Source: a virus. From it: 64,000 bases of DNA. Both the position numbers and the translations under genes were made by a program. Each line of letters starts with the position of its first letter. Position 1 is the stretch's first letter. The DNA lies in the IMG/VR virus record IMGVR_UViG_3300044731_001604, positions 1 to 64,000 of that record, one strand, 5' to 3'. Below the pieces are notes generated by a model. That model was not told the DNA's origin and did no database searches. It saw nothing but the letters and a program-made list of their open reading frames with translations. Below, piece after piece: positions 45,584 to 54,726 of this stretch.

Positions 45584-46068
45584 ATTGCAAATCCAGGAGT
45601 GGCGTACATACCGTCAAACTGTAGCGCAACCTCAACTAATCCTTTGGCAGAAACCCCAAGAGTATATGAGCCAATTTTACAATAATCAGCCGAAAGTACT
45701 AGGTTTTGGGTAGATCTGTCGTATATTCTAATGTGCATGTATTTAGATAAAGCAGCAATGTTATTGCTCTGTTTTCCGCCCTCAACATCATTAGATGATG
45801 GGCCAGATTTTTGTCTGTGGGGAACTAGCCCCATGCTTTCAACTGTCGAGCCTTTTGGTAAGAATATAGTCATTGACCCTTTAACAAAAGATGCAGCCGC
45901 ACCTTGAGCTATTTCAGTAGGTAAAACTGAGTCAACTCCATAAGTTACCTTCTGACCATTTACAACAGAGAAGTTCAAATTCTTAACGAATCCAATAGTT
46001 TTTTCATCGCCTGATTCATAGGCCACGCGCATAACTAGCGACGCGCCAGTATGTGTTTTCGGTGTCAT
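45580..46068 (-). CDS. tail tube-like (tube initiator) protein
   Basis: 162 aa; IGFVKNLNFS...TYGVDSVLPTEI resembles myovirus tube-fold proteins; baseplate context. Confidence 0.55.
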   Translation of the reverse strand: MTPKTHTGASLVMRVAYESGDEKTIGFVKNLNFSVVNGQKVTYGVDSVLPTEIAQGAAASFVKGSMTIFLPKGSTVESMGLVPHRQKSGPSSNDVEGGKQSNNIAALSKYMHIRIYDRSTQNLVLSADYCKIGSYTLGVSAKGLVEVALQFDGMYATPGFAI

Positions 46069-46313
46069 GCGTTACCTCCAAAATTAACGTAAGGTGGAAT
46101 AGTACCAAAATCTATTCCAAACTTGCTTTTGCTTAAGTTTGCGATAATCTTAAGCTTTTCCCGTGAACGCGATAACGCATCTTTAATATCATCAATGTTT
46201 CCTGCGTATGGACCTAAGTCTTCTAAATCACTAAGCTCTTCAGCAAGGTTGATGTACTTATAAAGCTCAGCCTCATATAAAGATCTAATAGTGTATTCAT
46301 CAGAAGACATCAT
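46065..46313 (-). CDS. hypothetical helical protein
   Basis: ATGA-coupled on both sides. Confidence 0.55.
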   Translation of the reverse strand: MMSSDEYTIRSLYEAELYKYINLAEELSDLEDLGPYAGNIDDIKDALSRSREKLKIIANLSKSKFGIDFGTIPPYVNFGGNA

Positions 46314-48535
46314 TCAGGACCCCACACCCATAGAGCATCGCTAACCTTTGTATCAGTACTAACAAGAGATTCGCCTGCGTTACCTAGACCAACATCGCCA
46401 GGATAAATAATAATAACTTCTAATTTAATACCTAAAGCCGTGATTTGTATAATTAAATCGTTGGCAAAAATTCTTCCACCACTTGTTCCTGTGATATACG
46501 GAGCATAATCTGACCCGTCCATTTCTGGCTCATAAGCAATAATGTCAGATAGAAGCGTTATGTCTGTACCAACTTCTTGTGTATATTTAAAAGAATAAGA
46601 CGAATCCATAACTAAGGTACTAACAGCAGATTCAACTAAAGGAGTTGATGTCCCAGAATTTTCATAAAAAGTACCAGATACTGGATTAGTGAAAGTATAG
46701 ATATTAGCAGATGGAACTGATTCAACCGTCCAAGAATTATTGAAATTAGTTGTGCCAGCTATTAGCACGTCTTGGCCAACAACAGCGCCATGTGAACTAG
46801 CAGTTGTAACAGTTACAGTATTTCCAACCTGAGATATAGAGCTTATTGTTACAGCAGCAACACCAGAAGCAGTTTGAGCTGCGATGTATTTAACTGGGCT
46901 CTCTTCATTGTCTTGGTTTAATGAAAACAATAAGTTACCTTGCTCATTAGGCAAAACACCTTCAATTAAAAGCGTGTTTCTTTTCTCCCCAGCTAAAACC
47001 TTTTCTCTTAACTTAACCATTGTAGACGTCAAAGTAAACTTGTTTTCAGAGTTTACAATATAAGGTCCTAGGAACGAATTTGCTGTATCGTCTGTGGCCA
47101 CAACTGTTTGAATTCCAATAATCTTATCAGTTAGTTGCATTCCATTGATAACGCCATAAGGAAGATTGTGATTAGTTTTAGTAATAATAGTTACGTAACC
47201 ATTTTCTCTAGTGATCGTCTCTATGTCTATTACATTAGAATCCCAAGTAAGTGTTCCATTAGTAGATGAAACATCGTAACCATTTGTTTGATACCTAACA
47301 GTATTATAAGAAACAACGTGAACCTTTTCTGAATCAACTGTAGCTGACCCGAAAGATCCGTTTAATTCACTATCACCATATTTTAAATGTAAGTGAGCTG
47401 CACCAATCAAGTTTCTTTCAACCACATTTGTGGTAGCCGGCATGTAAACTTTTAATAAAGAATCCTGTGGCTCCCATGCTAACGAATATCTCATCTGAGA
47501 ATAAGGAGTCGCTTTCTTAGGTAAGAAAAACTTCAAATCATCATAAGAGCTTTGCGTAAGAGTAATTGTATAAGTTTTAGACGGAGTGTTAATCGGTGCC
47601 GGCAAGTTGGGTGTGCTTGATGCTAGTGGAGAGTTGCCTTCCATAGAAAACTCAAAATACCCAGCACTATATGAAATAGTGTTAGCCGGCGGAACAACTG
47701 CCGTAATAGTGTAAGTACCAACGAAACCAGCAGTTTCAAACTGTGGTCCATATAATAACAATGTGTCGCCAACTAATACTTTATCTAAAAGTGGGGCAGA
47801 GCCAGAAACCCAGCGGAAGCGATGAGTTGAACCGACGTTTCTAGTTATTTCCCAAACAGTGTCATTATAAGTTAAAACGGTTGCTCTCATTGTTGGAAAT
47901 TCTAATTTAGATTGGATCTTGCCGCCAAGAACTTTAATATAAGAAAAAGGACCTTTTGCCCCACCGTATATCTCAACATATTGTAATTGTGTATCTTGGT
48001 CAGTGTAAACTTGAGCAAATCCATTAGAGCCATTTTGTCTGATGAATCGTGTAATGATATCGGCCACTTCACCTGGGGTAGCATTCTGAATATTTTCAAA
48101 CTCATCACCGATCAAGGTAAGAGTTAGCGCTTCACCGTTTTCTAGTTCAAATATTAAATCATCACCAGCTTCAAATGAATAAGAGCCTGGGACACCGGAT
48201 GTTACATGCGCTCTGACTGCCTCATTCCCATAGAACGTGGTCAGAATATTATGGATTGATTCTATAACCTGTTTAGATTGATTAATAGATATACCCAATT
48301 GTCTGTATGCTACATCCGACATCCCAAGTTCTTGTGGTCTAACTATTCCAATTTCTGAAAACTGTTTGTCCAAGTAGATATCTTCTGCCGTTGATTTATA
48401 TAATTGATTGTTTACCGAAACGGATAAATCATCTTGCTTTTGTAACTGGTCTGCAATAGCTTGCAGTAGGGCCTCTGAGTTGGGCCCTGTTATCCAATTA
48501 CTTATGTATTGTCTAAGTTGAGTTAATTTATCCAT
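46310..48535 (-). CDS. baseplate wedge protein (gpI/gp48-like N-terminus, expanded)
   Basis: STAEDIYLDK...GIVRP...MSDVAYR motif; directly downstream of baseplate J; VTVTTASSHG repeat. Confidence 0.65.
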   Translation of the reverse strand: MDKLTQLRQYISNWITGPNSEALLQAIADQLQKQDDLSVSVNNQLYKSTAEDIYLDKQFSEIGIVRPQELGMSDVAYRQLGISINQSKQVIESIHNILTTFYGNEAVRAHVTSGVPGSYSFEAGDDLIFELENGEALTLTLIGDEFENIQNATPGEVADIITRFIRQNGSNGFAQVYTDQDTQLQYVEIYGGAKGPFSYIKVLGGKIQSKLEFPTMRATVLTYNDTVWEITRNVGSTHRFRWVSGSAPLLDKVLVGDTLLLYGPQFETAGFVGTYTITAVVPPANTISYSAGYFEFSMEGNSPLASSTPNLPAPINTPSKTYTITLTQSSYDDLKFFLPKKATPYSQMRYSLAWEPQDSLLKVYMPATTNVVERNLIGAAHLHLKYGDSELNGSFGSATVDSEKVHVVSYNTVRYQTNGYDVSSTNGTLTWDSNVIDIETITRENGYVTIITKTNHNLPYGVINGMQLTDKIIGIQTVVATDDTANSFLGPYIVNSENKFTLTSTMVKLREKVLAGEKRNTLLIEGVLPNEQGNLLFSLNQDNEESPVKYIAAQTASGVAAVTISSISQVGNTVTVTTASSHGAVVGQDVLIAGTTNFNNSWTVESVPSANIYTFTNPVSGTFYENSGTSTPLVESAVSTLVMDSSYSFKYTQEVGTDITLLSDIIAYEPEMDGSDYAPYITGTSGGRIFANDLIIQITALGIKLEVIIIYPGDVGLGNAGESLVSTDTKVSDALWVWGPE

Positions 48536-48544
48536 ATACCTAAA

Positions 48545-48557
48545 AGATTAAGGTTAA
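48545..48557 (-). promoter_or_regulatory. putative phage late promoter motif (variant)
   Basis: TTAACCTTAATCT on - strand. Confidence 0.4.
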
Positions 48558-51500
48558 TTTAATGCCGAAATACTAATATCACTAGTATCTAAAACAAAAG
48601 CTCTTTCATTTGGAGCAACTGTAATTAAATCATTAGATGAATCATAAATCGGATAAGTCACAGCAACCGAAACAACCCCTGGGATTGAACCACAAGCGGC
48701 TATCATGCTAGAAATACTTACTGACTCACCAACGTCTAAAGAATTGACATACCCAGCTACTGCAGCTTTACACCTGTCTCTGATCTCACCGAATGGAACG
48801 CCTGATTTAACTCTAACCACAAAATCAGCAGTAATTCGTCTAAGAATCGCCTCTTTAATGCCTATTGAAGTACCTGCAGCTCTAACGCCTGGGTAATTAG
48901 TTGTATCAGTTGGATCTCCGTAAATGATTCTGTTTAATTCTTGGATCAAACCTTTATAACTTTGATATCCATCAATACCGTAAGCTGCAGAAGTAGTGAA
49001 ACCAAGCTTACCTTTAACAGAGATTCCAGCGCCTAATGAGTTAGATATTTTAGTGATTAAATTAGGAGAATCAACAATGATGTTATACAATTGAGAATTA
49101 GCTGGGCCCAATGCCATTATGTTTTTCCACAAAGAAGTTGGATCTTTTTCTTCTACGTTAAACTGAGAATAGTCTCCGCCTAAAGTCAAAGAAGAAACGG
49201 CGGTTGGAATTGCAGTTGTATAAAGTCTAGTCGCTGTTGGGAATGATGTAGTAGTAGAATCATCTAAAACAGTATATCTTCCAATGTTTTGCGTACCAAA
49301 GTTATCAGTAGTAATAACTACAGTGTCGCCTGGCATAACAGAATCATAAGAATAAAATTGTATGTTGTTAGCATTTCCTAAAAAGAAAGTCTCTTCAACT
49401 GCATTTGAATGTTTAATCCAGAATGAGTTACCAAATGTTCTAACAACTTGGAATATACCTTGGTTAGCTTGGTTGAATTCTCTACGTTCCCAACTGTTTG
49501 GATTGATATCAGGTTGTTGTCCGTTGTTAGCCAATATAGCATAATAACGAATTCCTAAATAGTTTACATAACTTCCGATTGGATAGAAAGTAGACACAGA
49601 CCAATCAGTTGCTTGGATGTTTTTAAATCTTACCCAGTCGCCCTCAGTGATTCCGCCAGCAGTTATGTTGAACAAGCCGTCAACAGGGATAATCGCTAAG
49701 AAATCCCCATGCTTTTCAGTTTTAAGCAAAGTAAGGTCAGTTGCCGCAACAGTTTTAGGAGTTTGGAATATACCAGAACCAGCAGTTATCTCAACGCCAT
49801 TAGTGTATAATTTAATAGTGGTAGTATTATCGAAGTTTAATACTTTGTTTTGTCTAACGGTATTATATACGTTAATCCATTGGTTAGGCAATAAACCTTG
49901 GCGAGTTTCGTATGGAACTTTGAGTAAACCAAGTTTATAGTTAAGTTCAGTCGCGCCTGATTGTACGGCTAAGTCAGTTGAGTTAGCAGTTCCGCCAGTA
50001 ATTTGAACAGACCCATTGCCACCAAACGTTTTAGTTGAAAGCTGCATATCTCTGCCATATCTTGATTGAGCAATGTTACCGGTATTAGAAAATCCAGTAA
50101 CTATTAGCTTGTTCCAGAATCTATTTAAATGGTCATTAGTAACAGCGACTAACTTGAGGTTTTCGCCTATTTCAGGTGCATATGACCAAGATTTTTTCAT
50201 AGCAAACATTGGGATTGCTGGACCTGAGCTTAAGTTACTGATTAGTACGCTGTTTTCGCCATCAACCATAGTTCTAAGTGGTAAAGACCCAGTAGCAGTA
50301 ACAGTAACCGCATGAGACGAAGTGGCCACAGATACGATAGGTAAGCATATTTCAGCAAAGTATCTACCAGTTGAAACATCATAAAAAGAATCTAAAACTA
50401 CATAAGTACTAGCTAAAATAGCAACGTCATTTGGCTCACCGATTGTGCCAGATAGTTTAATGAAAGATCCAGCCAATATCTCACTAGTAGATTTTAAATA
50501 AGCTTTTCTAGAGTTAGCGTAGAAGTTCATTCCGTCAACACTAATGTTGATATAGTTACTTGCAAGACCAAGATCTTGTGTAGATATACTAATAACAGCA
50601 GATGAATTGCCAATAGAGGTTGCAACTAACTTATCAGAAAGATTGCTAGAAATGTAATCTACTACTTCTTGAGCTGTGGTTGTTACGCTAAAGAATTGTA
50701 AGTTATTGCCAGCATTTCCGCCTAAAGATCTAGCCATTGAAGCAGTCGCACTTTGGAAGTAAATGTTTCCAGAACTAATTGGAGAGCTAGCTCCAGCAAC
50801 TGAGTATTCAATTTGAGTAGGAGTTGGTATACCACTAATTGTAAATAAACCGTCATAACTTCCACCAGCGCCAGTAACTAAGATTAGATTACCTGCAGTA
50901 AAGCCATGTGGTGTACTTGTATTTAACGTAACAGTTCCAGCAATATGTGTGCCATATTGTATAGGGCTGCTAGGAACTGCAGTTGGAGTATTAATAGTAA
51001 AAGTGTTTGAACTTAAAACAGTAACAATACTAGTTTCATTAAATGGATACGTTGAACCATAACTTGCGTCAGTGTTCCAAATACCAATTCTTTGGCCAGT
51101 TGTTAAGTTGTGGCTAGCTGAAGTCGTGCAAAGAGTTGTTGCCCCAGTATTTAAGAAACCCAATAAAGGAGTATCGTCATTTTCGTAAGCGCCAGTTGGC
51201 ATTTGAACTGTAAAAGAAGTAGCCGTTACGTTTGAGATTCTACCAGTTATACCTTTGTTTACAGACAAGAAATCTGAATTAGCAGAGATTGTAACGATGT
51301 CGCCCAAAAGAACGCTTGAGCCAGTAACGCTGAAATCTGGTTGAGTTCCAGATCTATAAGTAAATGTAATTGAGTCTTTTCCACCAGTAGTTGTTTTACT
51401 TACGCTGAATGAAGTAGTATAATCCCAATTAGGAGTTCTGATGTCACCCACAGGTAGAGTAATTTTGATGTCAGATAATTCTGATGTATCAAAGCTGTGG

Positions 51501-54500
51501 CTTAGTTCAGTTTGAGAAGATCCGTCTGGGTAGACGAAACCAACTCTTACTTTATTTCCTTGGGGTCCATAATCAATGTTTTTAATTGAAATAGAATAAG
51601 TTCCATTAGTTAGAACTGTTCTAGCTTGTCTGTGTACTTTGAAGTTACTGAAATCAAAATCATAGAATGAAGCTGGGTCATTCATAGCTAAAGAAGACTC
51701 AGCATCGCTTGCAGAGAAGTCTGCAGTTGATGGAGTTGAATGATTTGAAACTGTCAATAATCTTGACACAGGTAATGCATAAGTCTTTGTAGACAGGTCA
51801 CTATCAACGATAACGCCAACAGTATCTTTTGAATCAAACATGTAAGGTTTTCTCAAAAAGAATCTATCGTCTTGCTGCATTAAAGATTCGCCAGATCTCA
51901 TGTATTGCGGTACTTTAAAACTAGCTAAGCCGCCAACATAATTAGTCATGAATGATCTTCTTGATTTGTTAGAATCAATTATATCAGATGGAGAAGATAT
52001 GTTACCGTTTTTATTTAGTATCTCAATGAAGTCGCCGTCAAAAGATTTAACTACATTAGGGTCTGGAAATGCAAAAGTGCTATCAGATAGTGCAGAGCCT
52101 AAAGTTCCGTAAGTAAATGAAGGTACGTTAACTTCGCCATCAGTTGTAGCTACGAATCCGAAATGTGATTGACTATTAGCCATAGCTAGATCTTTAGTTA
52201 AACCCAAAGCTCCACCGTTAGCATCTGCAGCAACTAAGTATAATTCACCGTCATTAGCTAGCGTTTTAGTTGATAGTCTAACGCGAGTTCCGATTACGTC
52301 TGTTTGAACGCCAACTAATTGATTAGATACTTCTGTCAAGAAATTAGACAAACTACCAGCAGTGAAGTTAAGCTCTTGCACCGGTGCGTCAGATCTTACT
52401 ATCAATATTCTATCGCTAGATACAGTAGTAAAGCCTGGAGTTCTAACAGTTGTGCCGTCGTCTACAGTTATTGAACCTGTAGCAGTTGATTCAATTCTCC
52501 AAAAACCTTGGTTGTTTATTAATGCTGATGGGTCTGTATCGTTTGCCCATACAACTAACCAATCGCCTTTTTTAGCTAATTCAAATCCTTCAGGTACGGC
52601 AGAAGGGGATTGGCCATCAATTGTTAGTTTAGTTCCAGTTTTAGAGAAAGTAATCAAAGTATCAGTTTTGAGTCCATTTACTATAGATTCAACCGAACCG
52701 TCAGCTATTAACCAAAGTTTACCTGCAGCCGCTGGTCCAGTATATAATTGAGAAGTAATTAAATTCCCACGGGTATATTGAGATCCAACTGTGACTTTAT
52801 CGCCAGCAACTAAAGTAGTAGTTAAAGATAGTTGACCAGTTTGTTTGTTTAAAGTATAATCAGATGATTTACCTGTTTTAGATAAAGTGGCAGAAGTAGA
52901 GAATAATTTCCCTATGATAGTTCCGCCAGTAATAGCAATTGACGCAGAGTTAGAAAATCCACGAGCTGATTTGAATACAAGCACATCGCCAACAACAGAT
53001 GTTAAAACGCCAGGCATTAAGTTATTACATACTTGAGCCCACACGTCAATAGAAGTGCTTGATGAAACTGTTTGAGAGATGTCGATTGCTTGGAATGCCT
53101 CAAGTGTAAACGTAGTAGTCACTGCAGGTGTACCGTCAACTTGGTAAGTTAATGTATCTCCAGCAGTAATTGATGGTTGCCATAAGCTTTTTGATAAACT
53201 AGAAACCTCAGCTTCGTATCCATCTTGATATAAAGGCAAGTCGTTTTTGTATAGTCTTAGTGTAGTTGTTTCATTTAAAGGGAATTGTAGAATATCATTA
53301 GCATTCTCACCAGAGATCGGTGTTTTGATCTTGATATTATTAGAGAAACGATCTTTGGGGTAAATAACTACATTAGCTCCACCACCAAAAGTTGAGCATA
53401 AGAAATTAAGGTTGTAATTACCGTTGATAGATGCAGCAATCTCTGCCGCTGTACCAGAACTAAGTACTTTGAAATCAGTAGCTTTAAATTGGTGTTGAGT
53501 TTCAACGCCATCAATCTCTACTGCTAGAAATGATAAGTCATTTACGTAAAATGGTGAGATCGCAGCACTTTTTAATCTAGCTTGAGCAATTGGCTTTTGT
53601 CTTAGTTGGAGTTCTTTCTCTCCACCCACAGCTTGATCTACTACAGTTTCAAATGGTGAACCAACAAAGTTTGGCTCATATCCGCTACCATCATCAAATA
53701 CTAATTCGCTTGAGTTATCTGGGTATCTAACTATAGATGAAGATTTAACTTTCTTAAGTTCGTCTTTAGCTGTAACGCCGATTGACGCGTACTGAATAGC
53801 TACTTCGATACCCTTAGCTTTAGCCTGCTCATACTTTTTAATTCTATCTCTGATAACATCGTCATAGTCTGCATCAGATCCATTTGAAAAAGCTGAATCA
53901 TTATAAGATACTGCATTAAAAGATAAGCCGAGAACTTCTTTAAGCGCACCGCGAGCAATGTTACCCAAAGTGCCAGGACTTGAACACTTGACTGGAACGT
54001 TTGAGATGGATGTTTCACCGTCTAAAATAGTTGCAGCAGAAGTCGTAATAAAGCCGACCGCAGATACAGATGCACCTTGTGCTGTTTGTAAAGTTGTGTT
54101 AGCTTGAATGTATCTATTTCCACCTTGAGCAAAAACTATTGATTCACCGATATTGTGATATCTAGTAGTCGGTGAAGTTCCAGCCAAAGTAATTGACCAA
54201 TAAGCTCCACCAGCTTCTGGAGTTACAGCAGTGTAAGTCAATGGGCCTTCTACATTATTAGTTTGTCTTCCAATATAGATTTGTCCACCAGTTGAAGAGA
54301 ACTTAGATGCGTCAGCAACATATATCTTAACTGAACCAGCAACAGGAGCTGGTTGGCCAGGGTAGATAGAAGTAGAGATTTTAGTAAAGGTTGTATCAGT
54401 AATAGTGACGCGACCAGTTGCCGGCATAGCAGAAAGTATTGGTACGTTTCTATCTAAGGCCAATCTTTGCAAGCTTTCGCCTGTGGCTCTATCAACTGAA

Positions 54501-54685
54501 TTAGAGTCGATCATTGTGATAATATCAGCACTAGATTTAAATAAATTTTGTGCAATAGCTTCAATAAATTGCATCAAAACAGAATTATCTGTGATGTCAA
54601 TGTCTTTACGAACTCTAGCTCTAACAGAATCTAGAATTTCACCAGCAATTTGCTCTTTCGACCTTAATTCAGGAAGTTTTGGCAT
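48554..54685 (-). CDS. giant baseplate J-like wedge protein with about 1500-aa internal insertion
   Basis: N-terminal ATGESLQRLA..ATGRVT; VKCSSPGTLGN; FSNGSDADYDDVIRDRI; C-terminal YVNSLDVGESV..SSMI...IPGV. Confidence 0.75.
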   Translation of the reverse strand: MPKLPELRSKEQIAGEILDSVRARVRKDIDITDNSVLMQFIEAIAQNLFKSSADIITMIDSNSVDRATGESLQRLALDRNVPILSAMPATGRVTITDTTFTKISTSIYPGQPAPVAGSVKIYVADASKFSSTGGQIYIGRQTNNVEGPLTYTAVTPEAGGAYWSITLAGTSPTTRYHNIGESIVFAQGGNRYIQANTTLQTAQGASVSAVGFITTSAATILDGETSISNVPVKCSSPGTLGNIARGALKEVLGLSFNAVSYNDSAFSNGSDADYDDVIRDRIKKYEQAKAKGIEVAIQYASIGVTAKDELKKVKSSSIVRYPDNSSELVFDDGSGYEPNFVGSPFETVVDQAVGGEKELQLRQKPIAQARLKSAAISPFYVNDLSFLAVEIDGVETQHQFKATDFKVLSSGTAAEIAASINGNYNLNFLCSTFGGGANVVIYPKDRFSNNIKIKTPISGENANDILQFPLNETTTLRLYKNDLPLYQDGYEAEVSSLSKSLWQPSITAGDTLTYQVDGTPAVTTTFTLEAFQAIDISQTVSSSTSIDVWAQVCNNLMPGVLTSVVGDVLVFKSARGFSNSASIAITGGTIIGKLFSTSATLSKTGKSSDYTLNKQTGQLSLTTTLVAGDKVTVGSQYTRGNLITSQLYTGPAAAGKLWLIADGSVESIVNGLKTDTLITFSKTGTKLTIDGQSPSAVPEGFELAKKGDWLVVWANDTDPSALINNQGFWRIESTATGSITVDDGTTVRTPGFTTVSSDRILIVRSDAPVQELNFTAGSLSNFLTEVSNQLVGVQTDVIGTRVRLSTKTLANDGELYLVAADANGGALGLTKDLAMANSQSHFGFVATTDGEVNVPSFTYGTLGSALSDSTFAFPDPNVVKSFDGDFIEILNKNGNISSPSDIIDSNKSRRSFMTNYVGGLASFKVPQYMRSGESLMQQDDRFFLRKPYMFDSKDTVGVIVDSDLSTKTYALPVSRLLTVSNHSTPSTADFSASDAESSLAMNDPASFYDFDFSNFKVHRQARTVLTNGTYSISIKNIDYGPQGNKVRVGFVYPDGSSQTELSHSFDTSELSDIKITLPVGDIRTPNWDYTTSFSVSKTTTGGKDSITFTYRSGTQPDFSVTGSSVLLGDIVTISANSDFLSVNKGITGRISNVTATSFTVQMPTGAYENDDTPLLGFLNTGATTLCTTSASHNLTTGQRIGIWNTDASYGSTYPFNETSIVTVLSSNTFTINTPTAVPSSPIQYGTHIAGTVTLNTSTPHGFTAGNLILVTGAGGSYDGLFTISGIPTPTQIEYSVAGASSPISSGNIYFQSATASMARSLGGNAGNNLQFFSVTTTAQEVVDYISSNLSDKLVATSIGNSSAVISISTQDLGLASNYINISVDGMNFYANSRKAYLKSTSEILAGSFIKLSGTIGEPNDVAILASTYVVLDSFYDVSTGRYFAEICLPIVSVATSSHAVTVTATGSLPLRTMVDGENSVLISNLSSGPAIPMFAMKKSWSYAPEIGENLKLVAVTNDHLNRFWNKLIVTGFSNTGNIAQSRYGRDMQLSTKTFGGNGSVQITGGTANSTDLAVQSGATELNYKLGLLKVPYETRQGLLPNQWINVYNTVRQNKVLNFDNTTTIKLYTNGVEITAGSGIFQTPKTVAATDLTLLKTEKHGDFLAIIPVDGLFNITAGGITEGDWVRFKNIQATDWSVSTFYPIGSYVNYLGIRYYAILANNGQQPDINPNSWERREFNQANQGIFQVVRTFGNSFWIKHSNAVEETFFLGNANNIQFYSYDSVMPGDTVVITTDNFGTQNIGRYTVLDDSTTTSFPTATRLYTTAIPTAVSSLTLGGDYSQFNVEEKDPTSLWKNIMALGPANSQLYNIIVDSPNLITKISNSLGAGISVKGKLGFTTSAAYGIDGYQSYKGLIQELNRIIYGDPTDTTNYPGVRAAGTSIGIKEAILRRITADFVVRVKSGVPFGEIRDRCKAAVAGYVNSLDVGESVSISSMIAACGSIPGVVSVAVTYPIYDSSNDLITVAPNERAFVLDTSDISISALN

Positions 54686-54714
54686 GATAACCTCTAATTG
54701 TCTTTATAGATGTA

Positions 54715-54726
54715 AGATTAGGTTAT
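54715..54726 (-). promoter_or_regulatory. putative phage late promoter motif
   Basis: ATAACCTAATCT on - strand, overlapping the upstream TAA stop. Confidence 0.55.
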
